64,000 nt of DNA from an uncultured Verrucomicrobiae bacterium (GCA_963756875.1 CAVWPA010000003.1:1696001-1760000), one strand, 5' to 3'; positions 18,477 to 32,226 are shown, counted from the stretch's first letter. The notes: a model not told the origin generated them from the letters alone. Made by a program: numbers and translations.

Positions 18477-21083
18477 CTAAGTCTTTTCGGGCGCGGTGTC
18501 CGCTGCCTGTGCTTCCTGTTCTTCCTCTGCCTGACTCACCACCGGCGCGATCGCTTGGAGTTTTTCAGCGCCGCGCAGATCCATCAGCTTAACACCCATC
18601 GTGTTGCGCCCGACGGCGCGAATCTCGCTGACCCGGGTGCGGACCATCTGACCTTTAGTCGTGATCAACATGATTTCGTCGTTCTCTTTCACCGTGAGAG
18701 CTCCGACCACGTCGCCAGTTTTCTCGCCGGTCTTCATTGTAATGATGCCTTTGCCTCCTCGCGACTGCCGCCGGTAATCGTCGAAGGGCGTGCGCTTGCC
18801 GATTCCGTTTTCGCCCGCAACCAGCAACATCGCGCTCGGGTCGACGATCGCGATGGCGACGACAAGGTCCTTTTTGCGGGGGCGAATTCCCCATACACCG
18901 ACGGTATTGCGTCCCTGGTCGCGTAACTGTTCCTCATGAAAGCGCAGGCTCATTCCTTCTTTGGTGATGAGGACAATCTCGTTGTTCCCGTTCGTCAGCT
19001 TGGCATCGATCAAACGGTCGCCTTCTTCAATCTGGATGGCGATGATCCCGCCGCGGCGCACGTTAGCGTAATCGGACAAGTTCGACTTTTTCACGATGCC
19101 CGACTGCGTGGCGAAGACGATGTGAAAATTTTCATCCCAGGTTTGATCGACGGCACTCGGGCCGGTCCCTGATTTCTTCGCTTGAATTCGGATCGTGGCC
19201 GCGATTTTTTCATCTGGGCGAAGCTGGAGAATATTGGCGATCGAACGTCCCTTGGCGGCGCGGCCCATCTCGGGAATCTCGTAAACCTTTTCGACGTAAG
19301 CGCGGCCCGATTGGGTGAAGAACATCAGGTAATCGTGCGTAGTGGCCGTAAAGAGATGCTCGACGAAATCGCCTTCTTCGGCTTCCGTCGCGCCTTCTCG
19401 CGTCGACATGCCGATCACGCCCTTGCCGCCCCGGCGTTGCGCGCGGAACGCGCTCACGGCGGTGCGTTTGATGAAGCCGCCATGCGTGATGCTGATGATG
19501 CAGCCTTCGTTGGCGATGAGATCCTCGATGTTGATCTCGTCCTCGGCTGGAGCGAGCTCGGTCAAACGGGGCGAACCGTGTTTATCGCGAATCTCGCGCA
19601 GCTCCTTCTTGATGATCGTGAAAACGCGCTGTTCTTTGGCGAGAATGTCGCGCAGATCCTTGATCGTGTTGATCAGTTCCTTGTATTCCTTGTCGATCTT
19701 TTCGCGCTCCAGCCCGGTCAACTGATACAGGCGCAAATCGAGGATCTGATTGGCTTGATGTTCGCTAAACGAGTAGCGGCCTTCGACCAGGCGCTCCGGA
19801 TTGCGAACGAGGATCCCAATTTGCTCGACCTGTTTTTTCGTAAACTCGAAGGCCAGCAGTTTCACACGCGCTTCCTCGCGATTTGCCGAACCGCGAATGA
19901 TGCGGATGAACTCGTCGAGATTGGCAAGCGCGATGAGATAACCTTCGAGCGTCTCGGCGCGTTCCTCGGCTTTGCGCAGTTCGAAACGCGTCCGGCGCAG
20001 CACCACTTCGCGCCGGTGCTCGATGTAGCAGGCATTCGCTTCCTTGAGCGAAAGCAGCTTCGGCCGGCCGTGATCGATCGCCAGCATGATGACCGCGAAA
20101 GAGCTCTCCATCGCGGTGTGTTTGTAGAGATTATTGATGACGATCTTCGGATTTGCGTCGCGCTTGAGCTCGATCAACGACACGCGTGTTCTCGTCCGAT
20201 TCATCGCGAATCGCGCTGATGTCGGTCAAGACCTTGTCGTTCACCAGGTCTGCGATGCGCTCCACCAGCGTGGCCCGGTTTACGTTGAAGGGAATTTCCG
20301 TGATGACGATTTGTTCCTTGCCGCCCTTGAGTTCTTCGATCCCGACTTTCCCGCGCACTTTCATGCTGCCGCGGCCGGTCTCGAGATACTGGCGGACGCC
20401 GCTGATGCCGCAGATCGGTGCAGCCGGTCGGAAAATCCGGACCTTTCACATGCTTCATCAGCTCATCCAGCGTGATATCCGGGTCGTCGATCTGCGCGCA
20501 GATTCCATCGATGACCTCCGCGAGATTGTGCGGCGGAATATTGGTCGCCATGCCGACGGCGATACCGGTGCCGCCGTTGACGAGAAGATTGGGGAACGCC
20601 GCCGGGAAAACGGTCGGCTCGGTGCGCGTTTCGTCGTAGTTCGGAACGAAATCGACCGTATCCTTTTCCATGTCGGTCATGAGCGCAGCGCCGAGATGGG
20701 TCATGCGCGCCTCGGTATAACGCATGGCCGCCGGCGGATCGCCCTCGACCGATCCGAAATTTCCCTGGCCATCGATCGAGCCGCTCGCGCATGGCCCATG
20801 GCTGGGCCATGTGGACCAGCGTCGGATAAATCACCGCTTCGCCGTGGGGATGATAGTTGCCGCTGGTGTCGCCGCAGATCTTCGCGCACTTGACGTGCTG
20901 CCGCCCTGGAAAGAGCGACAAGTCGTGCATCGCATAAAGAATTCTCCGCTGCGACGGCTTGAGCCCGTCCCGCGCATCGGGCAACGCGCGCGAAATGATG
21001 ACCGACATCGAGTAATCGAGAAACGATTTCGATACTTCGTCGGCGACATTTACCGGCTCTACCTTTTCGTTCGCGTTATACAT
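18477..21083 (-). CDS. gyrA: DNA gyrase subunit A (three +1 frameshifts near 20779, 20417, 20177, probably sequence errors)
   Basis: [26 protein letters not shown] catalytic Tyr, [14 protein letters not shown], GyrA-box QRRGGKG, beta-pinwheel repeats; split over four ORFs. Confidence 0.93.
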
Positions 21084-21090
21084 GGGAAAT

Positions 21091-21183
21091 AAATGACGAA
21101 TGAATGACTAGAGATAAATCACGCGCTCGCGGGATAAATCGGCCTTTGGTGCTGTTTCCTTCGTCATTGGAGCTTCGTCATTT
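21091..21183. repeat. inverted AATGACGA / TTCGTCATT oligomer array
   Basis: AAATGACGAATGAATGACTA ... TTCGTCATTGGAGCTTCGTCATTT filling the gyrB-gyrA gap. Confidence 0.6.
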
Positions 21184-21184
21184 C

Positions 21185-23791
<2,607 letters not shown>

Positions 23792-23983
23792 TCAGAAAGG
23801 ATAGCGAGAAAAGGCCGGGAAACAACTAATAATCTCGTGTTTTCCAGGGCCCTGTTTCCACTACCGGTTGGAGATGGGTAGCCGCAAAAACCCACCATTT
23901 TGTGGTTTCGGATCCTGCCGGGAGCCGGTCAGTTTTTGACTCCTTGACCGCCCGATTTTAGACCCCGAAAATACGCCTACTCA

Positions 23984-24619
23984 ATGCGCACTCAAACTCT
24001 CTTCGAAGCCCGCTGGATTGTTGTCTTTCTTTGTATTTGCCTGATCGAAAGCTGGTTCATATCGGTCTGGCTAACACTATTCTTTGCGTTGCTGATCATT
24101 TGCACGCTTGCGTTCTTCCGCGATCCGGATCGCACGGTGCCGTCGGATGCCGATGCAATTGTTGCGGCGGCTGACGGAACGGTGACCGAAATCAGCGAAG
24201 TCGAAGAAAACGAAATCCTGAAAACAAAAACGCGTCGCGTCGGAATTTTCCTGTCCGTGTTCGATGTGCATACGAACCGTGCTCCGATCGACGGCCGGAT
24301 TATTTACCGGCAGCATCGGAAAGGGCTTTGTCTGGATGCACGCCGTCCCGAATCTTCGGAGAAGAACGAATCGATGACGTGGGCTTTTGAGAACAGCCAG
24401 GTCACGGTGGTGGTCCGCCAACTGACGGGTGCGGTTGCGCGGCGCATCGTTGCCTGGTCGCAGGTCGGCGATGAATTGAAGAAAGGCGATCGGTTTGGAA
24501 TGATTCGCTTTGGCTCCCGAACGGAAGTATATTTACCGCTTTCCGCCGCCGTGCTGGTGAAAGTGGGCGATCACGTAGCTGGCGGATCGACGATTATCGC
24601 GCGCCTCCCCGAGCTATGA
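23984..24619 (+). CDS. psd: phosphatidylserine decarboxylase proenzyme
   Basis: FFRDP, IFLSVFDVHTNRAP, RFGS cleavage motif. Confidence 0.95.
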   Translation: MRTQTLFEARWIVVFLCICLIESWFISVWLTLFFALLIICTLAFFRDPDRTVPSDADAIVAAADGTVTEISEVEENEILKTKTRRVGIFLSVFDVHTNRAPIDGRIIYRQHRKGLCLDARRPESSEKNESMTWAFENSQVTVVVRQLTGAVARRIVAWSQVGDELKKGDRFGMIRFGSRTEVYLPLSAAVLVKVGDHVAGGSTIIARLPEL

Positions 24620-25449
24620 ACGAACAACCATCCAAGATTTATCTGCTGCCAAATTTGATGACGGCGGGGAATCTGTTCTGCGGGTTTACCGCGACGCTGA
24701 AGATTCTCGAGGGCGCATTGTTGCAGAACACCAATGCCGAAGCTGCCTCCGATTTGTTTCACGCTGGGATTTGGTTCATTCTCGGCGCCTGCATATTCGA
24801 CCTGCTGGACGGGCGTCTGGCGCGTCTCGGCGGACACGAAAGCGCTTTTGGCCGCGAATTCGATTCGCTGGCAGATATCGTGTCATTCGGCGTCGCGCCG
24901 GCGTTGCTGGTCTATCGAATTGTGCTGCAGGAATTTCCGCGCGCCTGCTGGATCATTGCGTTCGTTTATCTGGCGTGCGGCGCAATGCGGCTGGCCCGTT
25001 TCAACTCCGTAGCCGCCAATCAGGCGACAAACGGCCAGGACAACATGAAGAATTTCACCGGGTTTCCGATTCCCGCGGCGGCGGGGCTTATCGCTTCAAT
25101 TACGCTCTTCATGCTTTGGCTCGCTCAAGGCGAGCATTTTCTCGGGAAATGGAAATTCGTTTTGCCTCCGCTGATGGTTTTTCTTTCGTTCATGATGTTT
25201 AGCCGCATCCAATATCCCAGCTTCAAAGCATTGAACTGGAAGACGAAGAAATCGATCCCGCGTTTCCTTGCCATCATCCTCATCGCGATCTTTACCTGGC
25301 TCTATTACGAATGGATGCCCGCCGTGCTTTTTCTGGCGTATCTGCTTTACGGATTTCTGCGGCCGTGGCTTTCGCGCGAGTGGCGTCGCGAAATCGAAGA
25401 GGAAATCGGCGAGGAAACGCCCGACGAGCCGGCAGAGCAAACGTCGTAG
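24616..25449 (+). CDS. pssA: CDP-diacylglycerol--serine O-phosphatidyltransferase
   Basis: LPNLMTAGNL, DxLDGRLAR...GREFDSLADIVSFG, RLARFN; overlaps psd stop. Confidence 0.95.
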   Translation: MNEQPSKIYLLPNLMTAGNLFCGFTATLKILEGALLQNTNAEAASDLFHAGIWFILGACIFDLLDGRLARLGGHESAFGREFDSLADIVSFGVAPALLVYRIVLQEFPRACWIIAFVYLACGAMRLARFNSVAANQATNGQDNMKNFTGFPIPAAAGLIASITLFMLWLAQGEHFLGKWKFVLPPLMVFLSFMMFSRIQYPSFKALNWKTKKSIPRFLAIILIAIFTWLYYEWMPAVLFLAYLLYGFLRPWLSREWRREIEEEIGEETPDEPAEQTS

Positions 25450-25466
25450 ATTTTGGAATTGTCGCG

Positions 25467-25627
25467 TGTCATCCCGAACCGCGAAGACGGCGAGGGACCT
25501 TCCGCAAGAGCGAAGGTCACACGAGTTACGGTTGATCGGCGAACACGCTGGGTGCTGAATTGTTCTTTTCCCATTAGCGTGACGCAATCTCCGACTGGCG
25601 GGGTTCCTCGCTCCGCTCGGAATGACA
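25467..25627. repeat. MITE-like element with TGTCAT...ATGACA ends
   Basis: Left TGTCATCCCGAACC...GCGAGGGACC; right end reverse complement TGTCATTCCGAGCGGAGCGAGGAACC; 161 bp, non-coding. Confidence 0.65.
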
Positions 25628-25650
25628 TCCGTTTGAATGGCGCGGACCCG

Positions 25651-25722
25651 CTGTAGCGGCGCCCTGTGAGCGTCGCAATCTTCATGCGCGATAAAGGCGA
25701 CGGTCGTAGACCGCCGCTACAG
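25651..25722. repeat. REP-like inverted doublet (CTGTAGCGGC...GCCGCTACAG)
   Basis: Perfect terminal inverted 11-mer; right arm 24/25 identical to 44614-44638. Confidence 0.8.
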
Positions 25723-25723
25723 C

Positions 25724-26434
25724 TCACCGATTTAGCTTCGCAAGAATTTCCGGGTCGCGCACGTCGGCCCACGCGCCGCTTAATTCGAGAGCTTTCACTT
25801 TTTTTCCCGACCGGGCGAGATTGCGAATTGCGTCGGTCAACTCGTATTCGCCGCGTGGAGACGGTTTGAGTTTTGCGGTGAACTCAAAGATACCGGGCCG
25901 AAAGGCGTAAACTCCGGCGTTGTACCAGACACTGTTTGATTCACCGGGCTGTGGTTTTTCCCGGATATCGGTCACTTCCATTTGTTCGTTCACAAAAACT
26001 GCGCCGCCCTTGCTGAGGTCCTCGCCACGGATCACAGTGACGATCGCTTCGACACCTTCGGGAAGATCGCCAATGCGCCTATAGTTCGTGGGCTCGACCA
26101 GGATGTCGCCGTAGCTTAGCACGAATGGCGAGAGGCCGGCAAAATCGCGCGCGAGCTCGACTACGCGCCCCGTGCCGTCCTGCACGGTCTGCGTCATGTA
26201 TTGAATCCCGATTTTGTAACGAGAGCCATCTCCGAAGAAATTCTGAACAGCTTCGGCATGATAACCGACAATAATTAGAACATCACAGACGCCGGCGTCG
26301 CGCAGCCCTTCGACAATGTGTTGCAACACCGGCTTGCCGCGAACTTCGAGCATTGGCTTGGGCAGTTCTGCCGTCATCTCGCGCATCCGGGTCCCGCGGC
26401 CGGCTGCCAGCACGACTGCTTTGTCGATCTTCAT
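25724..26434 (-). CDS. sugar-phosphate nucleotidyltransferase
   Basis: AVVLAAGRGTRM, PKPML, YGD, EKP, SPRGEYELTD. Confidence 0.93.
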   Translation of the reverse strand: MKIDKAVVLAAGRGTRMREMTAELPKPMLEVRGKPVLQHIVEGLRDAGVCDVLIIVGYHAEAVQNFFGDGSRYKIGIQYMTQTVQDGTGRVVELARDFAGLSPFVLSYGDILVEPTNYRRIGDLPEGVEAIVTVIRGEDLSKGGAVFVNEQMEVTDIREKPQPGESNSVWYNAGVYAFRPGIFEFTAKLKPSPRGEYELTDAIRNLARSGKKVKALELSGAWADVRDPEILAKLNR

Positions 26435-26566
26435 TTTGGTTGCCTGGGGTGGATCGAGCTCTCTCAGCCCGATGTTACGATCAGGTGGCGAAGCCGCAAT
26501 TAACTTAACGTTACGCGCTCATGGGCAACTCTCGTGCTTCCTCATACGCGAATTGCCAATCGTAAA

Positions 26567-29500
26567 TCAAGGTTGACCGATTTTCTCGGTAACGAACAGC
26601 GCCGGCAGATTCGCATCTTTGATCAAGCCGTTCACTTTGGGAACTTCGCTCGATTTCAGTTCCGCCCATTTTTTCAATTGTTCGCCCAGTTTGCCGTTGA
26701 GCATTTGAAAAACGTTCAGCTGCGACTGGGTCGGGGCCGTGTCCCCAGCCTCGATGATATGGCTGAAAGCGTCGAAGCGTTCGTTGAGCATGCTGGGGAA
26801 GGCGAGGTTCGCTTCCGATCCTTTCATGTCGACCTGAATGAGCTGTTCCTCGACCTGCGACATTTTGTGATCGAGATCGTCGGCGGCCGCGAGCGCAGGT
26901 TTCAAATTCTCCTCGTACCCGAAGCGGGTGTGAAGATCTTTGATTTCCTTTTCCATCTGGCGGATCTCGTTAATGGCTCCGTGAAGTCGCGAGATGTCGT
27001 CGTTGACCTTCATCGCGAGCGCAAATTGCTGTTGCACAGCCTGCTCGGAACCTTTCGTGCGCGGGTCGGTAACGAGATGCAGCGGTACGGTCTGCGATTT
27101 GCCGCCGGCTGTTAGTTTCACCTGATAATCCCCTGGCACGGCCAGTGGCCCTCTCGGTCCGGTTCCGGCATAAAATGCGCCGGGCACCTGCACGGGATCG
27201 TCGTAACGCAGGTCCCATGCGAACCGGTCCATTCCCGCGTTGGCCGGTATGGTTTTGGCCCGCTCGAGGAAGTCCGGCCATTCAGGAGGCTGCTCGTTCT
27301 TGTTTTTCTCCTGGCTGGAAAAATGCCTGACAATTTTTCCCTGGGAATCGAGAATATCGAGCGTCACTTCGCCCTTGGGCGCGGTCTTGAAGTAGTAATC
27401 GATGATTGCTCCGGCAGGCGGGTTCTCTCCGACTGGCAATCGCGTATCGACTTCGTCCGGGTAATGCAAACGGAGCGCGGTCTGCGGTTGATAGAGCAGC
27501 GTGTCCGCTTGCGCCGATTGGGCGCTGACCTGTCGCAGCGGCGTGAGATCGTCGAGCACCCAGAAAGAACGACCATGTGTCGCTACCACCAGATCGTCGT
27601 CTTTGACCACGAGATCACGAATCGGCGACTGCGGGAGATTCAACTGCAGAGGTTCCCAATGCGCGCCGTCATCGAATGAAACGAACACGCCGCGTTCTGT
27701 TCCCGCGTAAAGCAGTCCACGCTTTTTGGGATCTTCGCGCACGGCACGCACATAAGCGCCCTCGGGGATTCCATTCACGATTGAAGTCCACGTTTTTCCA
27801 AGGTTTGTCGTTTTGAATATGTATGGCTTGAAATCATCGAGTTTATGCCGGTCGACCGCGACGTAAGCGGTATTGGCGTCGAGCGGTGACGCTTCGATCA
27901 GGCTAACCGTGCTCCACTCCGGCATTTTCGGTGTGACGTTAGACCAATTTTTACCGTCGTCGGTCGTTACCTGGACGAGACCATCGTCGGTGCCGGCCCA
28001 GATCGTCCCCTGTTTCAGGGAAGATTCAGCCAGCGCAAAAATCGTGTCGTAATATTCGACAGATGTAATGTCTTTCGTAAGCGGTCCGCCGCTCGGTTTT
28101 TGTTTGTTCTTGTCGTTACGAGTGAGATCGCCGCTTATCTGTGTCCAACTGTGGCCGTGATCGGCGGACTTAAAGACACATTCCGCCGCTGTGTAAAGAA
28201 CGTCGGGATTGTGCGGCGAAAGCATCAACGGCGACACCCATTGGAACCGGTGGACCAGATCCGACGCGGGGTGTCCGGAATTGTCGAGCGGGACGGGACT
28301 GATGTCCTGTGCCTCGCCTTTCTTTTTGTCGTAGCGGACGGCGTAGCCTTCACTGTTCGAATAAATGATCTGCCAGTCGCGTGGATCGGGAACCACAAAA
28401 CCGCATTCGCCATCACCGGCCACGAACCAGTCCTCGCGACCGATCACTCCGGAATCGCTGCGGCTGGCAATTCCAATGTTTGAGTTGTCCTGTTGCGCGC
28501 CATAAATGTGATACGGAAACGCGTTGTCGACCGCGACATGATAAAATTGCGCGGTCGGCTGATTGTTCTCCCGTGTCCATGTCTTGCCGCCGTCCGTCGA
28601 GATGCTCGCGCCGCCATCGCTCACGTTTCCGATCCGGTCCGGATTGTTCGGGTCGATCCAAAGCCCGTGATGGTCACCATGTCGCGCGGGCAACAGCGTG
28701 AAATCTTTTCCGCCGTCCACCGATCGAAATAATCCCGTGTTCAGTAGATAGACCGCGTCCACGGATTTTGGATCCGCGTACACCTTGCTGAAGTACCAGG
28801 CGCGCTGGCGAAAGCGTCCGTCACTATTAATGCGTTTCCAATGCTCGCCACCATCCTCGGAACGGTAGAGACCGCCGTCCTTCGCTTCGATGATCGCATA
28901 GACGCGGTTGGAATCGGCCCCGGAGACGGCCACGCCGATCCGGCCCAACTCTCCGCCTGGCAGTCCGTTGCCCTCGAGATGTTTCCAGGTGACGCCGTTG
29001 TCTTCCGACCGATACAAGCCGCTTCCCGGTCCGCCGCTGGAAAAAAACCAAGGTTGGCGGCGCATCTGCCAGAGCGCGGCGAAGACAATGTTCGGATTAT
29101 GCGGATCGAACACGACGTCGATGCCGCCGGTGTTTTCGTCTTTGCTTAAGACGTTGGTCCAGGTCTTTCCGCCGTCCATTGTGCGAAAAATCCCCCGTTC
29201 CTTGTTAGGCCCGAAAGCGTGGCCCAGCGCCGCCACGAGCGCCACGTTGGCATTTCTTGGATCGACGATCAGGGCGCCAATGTGGTGGCTGTCTTTCAGT
29301 CCAACATTTTCCCAGGTCTTCCCGCCATCGACCGATTTAAAGACGCCCGTGCCGTACGTGATGTTGCCGCGGGGAGCCGCTTCGCCTGTTCCGACGTAGA
29401 TGACATTATGGTCGGAGGGCGCTACCGCGATGGCGCCGATGGATGAGATTGGTTCTTTGTCAAAGAGAGGCTTCCAATTCGCGCCGCCGTCCACCGTTTT

Positions 29501-29773
29501 CCAAACCCCGCCCGCTACAGCCCCGAAATAGTACTTATCCGGTTCATCGGAGATTCCCTCGATGGCGAGCGCGCGTCCACCGCGAAACGGTCCGACGAGC
29601 CGCCACTTCATTCCGTCGAACAAATTTTCGTTGATCGCGGGGGCGGGTGTCGCTTTAGGGGATGAAGCAATATGCGCGGGTTTTGGCGAGGGATTGGCAG
29701 CGAAAGCGGTCGCGCAAAATAAAGCGAACGTGGATAAGACAAGTGAAGGAAAGCGGCCGGCGGGCGTGTTCAT
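26567..29773 (-). CDS. secreted VPS10/BNR-repeat glycosyl hydrolase-like protein
   Basis: Signal peptide; many S/T-x-D-G-G-x-T-W Asp-box repeats; WRLVGPFRGGR, ATHGRSFW. Confidence 0.9.
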   Translation of the reverse strand: MNTPAGRFPSLVLSTFALFCATAFAANPSPKPAHIASSPKATPAPAINENLFDGMKWRLVGPFRGGRALAIEGISDEPDKYYFGAVAGGVWKTVDGGANWKPLFDKEPISSIGAIAVAPSDHNVIYVGTGEAAPRGNITYGTGVFKSVDGGKTWENVGLKDSHHIGALIVDPRNANVALVAALGHAFGPNKERGIFRTMDGGKTWTNVLSKDENTGGIDVVFDPHNPNIVFAALWQMRRQPWFFSSGGPGSGLYRSEDNGVTWKHLEGNGLPGGELGRIGVAVSGADSNRVYAIIEAKDGGLYRSEDGGEHWKRINSDGRFRQRAWYFSKVYADPKSVDAVYLLNTGLFRSVDGGKDFTLLPARHGDHHGLWIDPNNPDRIGNVSDGGASISTDGGKTWTRENNQPTAQFYHVAVDNAFPYHIYGAQQDNSNIGIASRSDSGVIGREDWFVAGDGECGFVVPDPRDWQIIYSNSEGYAVRYDKKKGEAQDISPVPLDNSGHPASDLVHRFQWVSPLMLSPHNPDVLYTAAECVFKSADHGHSWTQISGDLTRNDKNKQKPSGGPLTKDITSVEYYDTIFALAESSLKQGTIWAGTDDGLVQVTTDDGKNWSNVTPKMPEWSTVSLIEASPLDANTAYVAVDRHKLDDFKPYIFKTTNLGKTWTSIVNGIPEGAYVRAVREDPKKRGLLYAGTERGVFVSFDDGAHWEPLQLNLPQSPIRDLVVKDDDLVVATHGRSFWVLDDLTPLRQVSAQSAQADTLLYQPQTALRLHYPDEVDTRLPVGENPPAGAIIDYYFKTAPKGEVTLDILDSQGKIVRHFSSQEKNKNEQPPEWPDFLERAKTIPANAGMDRFAWDLRYDDPVQVPGAFYAGTGPRGPLAVPGDYQVKLTAGGKSQTVPLHLVTDPRTKGSEQAVQQQFALAMKVNDDISRLHGAINEIRQMEKEIKDLHTRFGYEENLKPALAAADDLDHKMSQVEEQLIQVDMKGSEANLAFPSMLNERFDAFSHIIEAGDTAPTQSQLNVFQMLNGKLGEQLKKWAELKSSEVPKVNGLIKDANLPALFVTEKIGQP

Positions 29774-29817
29774 CCGTGTAAGGTGGGAAGGTTGCAGCGT
29801 CCTTCAACTGGAATCAG

Positions 29818-30282
29818 CTAATCGGTGGGGCGCCGTAACGCGGGTGAAGGAGCGGCCGGGCTTTCAAATTCAGTCGAGCCGACTAATTGCTTCCCGGCCC
29901 GAGAGGCCTGTCGTCCTGCCTGTCGCGTCCGCGCCGCGAGAAGGTAGGCGAGAACCGCGTCGCGCTCGGCCGGTTTCAAATCAGCGCGAGGCGCCATTCC
30001 CCGAACGATGCGTGGCCAATCCGAAGCGCTATAACGCGAAGCCACGGGGAGAGTGTGGCATTCGATGCAGCGTGAAGCGAAGAGAACGCGGCCCTGGCGC
30101 AACGTAGCGAGATTGACACGCTGGCGCGCCGCCGCTTGCGACCATTCCGGTGTTACTGAAGGGGGCTTGTAACTTAGCGATTCACAACCAGCCAAAGCGG
30201 CGACGAAGTAAAGGCAGACGAGCATGCCGACGTGTCGCGCACATGCCGGCAATATGGCATTTCTCATCCTGAGAGCGGTCAT
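29818..30282 (-). CDS. monoheme c-type cytochrome lipoprotein (start uncertain)
   Basis: Lipobox LAGC, CIECH heme motif, downstream Met (RGMAPRA). Confidence 0.8.
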   Translation of the reverse strand: MTALRMRNAILPACARHVGMLVCLYFVAALAGCESLSYKPPSVTPEWSQAAARQRVNLATLRQGRVLFASRCIECHTLPVASRYSASDWPRIVRGMAPRADLKPAERDAVLAYLLAARTRQAGRQASRAGKQLVGSTEFESPAAPSPALRRPTD

Positions 30283-30286
30283 GTCG

Positions 30287-31126
30287 CTAAAACCCAAAGC
30301 CGAAGATCGTGCGGAGTTGCAGGTCCGGCTCGTCTGCCGTGCTGGTCGCTTGTGCAAGGGCGGTAATTGTCGCGAAACAGCGGCCATGACGGAGCGCGAT
30401 GTTCGGACCGAGGAAAATATTTCGCGTCCGCTGTTCGTCCCGCCATTCCGGAAACACGAACTCATGCAGCAGCTCGATTCCCACAGAGACGCACGGCGAA
30501 AGTTGATAACTCGCGCCCAGCGCCTGTTGCAACTCCCCGTTGCTCTCCTCGAGATGGCGTCCGTTCCATTCGGCTTCCATCGTCAGATTGTAATCGAGAA
30601 TCAGCGGCCCGAAATTTTTCTGGGCGATTAGTTTCGATTCCGATTCGAAATGCTGACGGCCTGCGCTGATTTCCTCATAAATAGAGATGCCGGCGGGATC
30701 GATGACCGGATTGCTGAAATTGTAAATGAGCTCTACAGCACCGCCGTCGTAGGAAACGCCGTCCTCATCGGCGTGGTTCGCGTCGCGATAAGACCAATCA
30801 AGAGGATAAAGTCCAATCTGGAAGTGGTCTGTGATTCCGATCTCCAATTCTTCCCGAAAACCCACTTCGTCCAGGCGGGTCGCGCCATCGTTGGTCCGCG
30901 CCCATGTGATCGTGTTCTCCGATTCGATGCTTCCCGGGGCCGAGGTCGGCGCTTCGTAGAGAAACGTAAAATGGCGCGCTCCAGCAAAAGCGGAAGCGGC
31001 CGATAACGTCAACAGGAAGGCGATGGCCGATAAAAAACCGATCCGAAATTCCGGGTGTTCCGCGATTGAGCGAGGCGCTCTTGCGGAAGACTTGGCGTTA
31101 GAGAAGGTCCGCCAAGTCCCGCTCAC
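30287..31126 (-). CDS. secreted, probable outer-membrane beta-barrel (DUF6662-like)
   Basis: Signal peptide, alternating beta pattern, C-terminal FGFGF; start overlaps FTR1 stop. Confidence 0.7.
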   Translation of the reverse strand: MSGTWRTFSNAKSSARAPRSIAEHPEFRIGFLSAIAFLLTLSAASAFAGARHFTFLYEAPTSAPGSIESENTITWARTNDGATRLDEVGFREELEIGITDHFQIGLYPLDWSYRDANHADEDGVSYDGGAVELIYNFSNPVIDPAGISIYEEISAGRQHFESESKLIAQKNFGPLILDYNLTMEAEWNGRHLEESNGELQQALGASYQLSPCVSVGIELLHEFVFPEWRDEQRTRNIFLGPNIALRHGRCFATITALAQATSTADEPDLQLRTIFGFGF

Positions 31127-32226
31127 GAGACCGTTTCGAATCGTTCCGAAATGGCGGCGCGACGATTGGCAGCAGTGTCATCAGCCACGCCGGCCGCATT
31201 CTCTTCGGTTACGGGCGGCGCGGCAGCCTCGACAGTGTCTCCTGGTAAAGCGCTAAAGTGTCTGGCCGCGTAGTAAGAGCCGACGACAACAACCGCGGCG
31301 ATGAGTTGCGCGATCATCGTTTCGCGCGTGGGGAAGACCGCAAACCACATGCTGATCCATCCCGGGATCCGGTCTGCCAGCCAGGGAATTGGGGTTGTGG
31401 GAATCCAGTGGGCCAGCTGCATTTCCTGCGCTTGCTCGCCTACCATCACCAGCAAAACAACGCCGAGAAGAAGACCCGTCGTGATCAACATCTTTCGATA
31501 AGGAAGGCGTTGTTGAAGGACAAAGGTGAGCATCGCGACCATGCCTGAAAGGACGATGCCGAGCAGCGCGCCTTGCAGCACGACGCCTCCGCCCAGGCGC
31601 AAATTGTAGCTTTGAAGAAACAGGACGACCTCGAAGCCTTCGCGATAAAGCGAAGTGAAACCGAGCAGAATTAGCCCCCACCACAGGCGCGACCGTGTAA
31701 TCTCTTCCGCTCCCGCCCCTGCCAGGAGCGATTTTCGCCGGCGATTGTGCGCGCGAATCCAACCGCCCCAATAAATCTTGTGAAAGAACCAATTCATGAT
31801 CACGAGCAGCACAATCACTGCAAGCAATCCGGTCGCCGCTTGCAGATCGAGCGCCGGCATGTTGTCGCTGAGCGAACTGACGATTCGTACCGCGACCACC
31901 CATGTGACCAGAGTCGCTGCGAAGGCAATGCCCGCACCGGCTGCGACGGGACGACGATATGCGCGTTTGACCCCGGTCATGCTCGCGGTGATCGCGGCCA
32001 GGACCAGAATGCATTCGAGCCCTTCGCGAAAGACAAGAACGCCAATATCGAGAAACGCGACTGTCCGGCTTGTGTCGGCGCGCATTGGATCGGGCGCGCC
32101 GTGGACAGTGAGTCCCTGCCAGAGAACCATCGCCAGCACACAACCGGCTGCCACCCAAATTGCGACGCGCAAAAGAGCGCGTACTGCAGGGCGCTTCGAT
32201 AGCAAAGCAGTCGCAGTCACAAACAA
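31123..32226 (-). CDS. FTR1/EfeU-family high-affinity iron permease
   Basis: Two REGxE motifs (FREGLE, YREGFE), multiple TM helices. Confidence 0.93.
   Translation of the reverse strand: MFVTATALLSKRPAVRALLRVAIWVAAGCVLAMVLWQGLTVHGAPDPMRADTSRTVAFLDIGVLVFREGLECILVLAAITASMTGVKRAYRRPVAAGAGIAFAATLVTWVVAVRIVSSLSDNMPALDLQAATGLLAVIVLLVIMNWFFHKIYWGGWIRAHNRRRKSLLAGAGAEEITRSRLWWGLILLGFTSLYREGFEVVLFLQSYNLRLGGGVVLQGALLGIVLSGMVAMLTFVLQQRLPYRKMLITTGLLLGVVLLVMVGEQAQEMQLAHWIPTTPIPWLADRIPGWISMWFAVFPTRETMIAQLIAAVVVVGSYYAARHFSALPGDTVEAAAPPVTEENAAGVADDTAANRRAAISERFETVS

Noticed and set aside
20170..20785. Programmed ribosomal frameshifting in gyrA
   Set aside because: No slippery runs at the breaks; three events in one essential gene plus similar +1 indels elsewhere point to sequence error.
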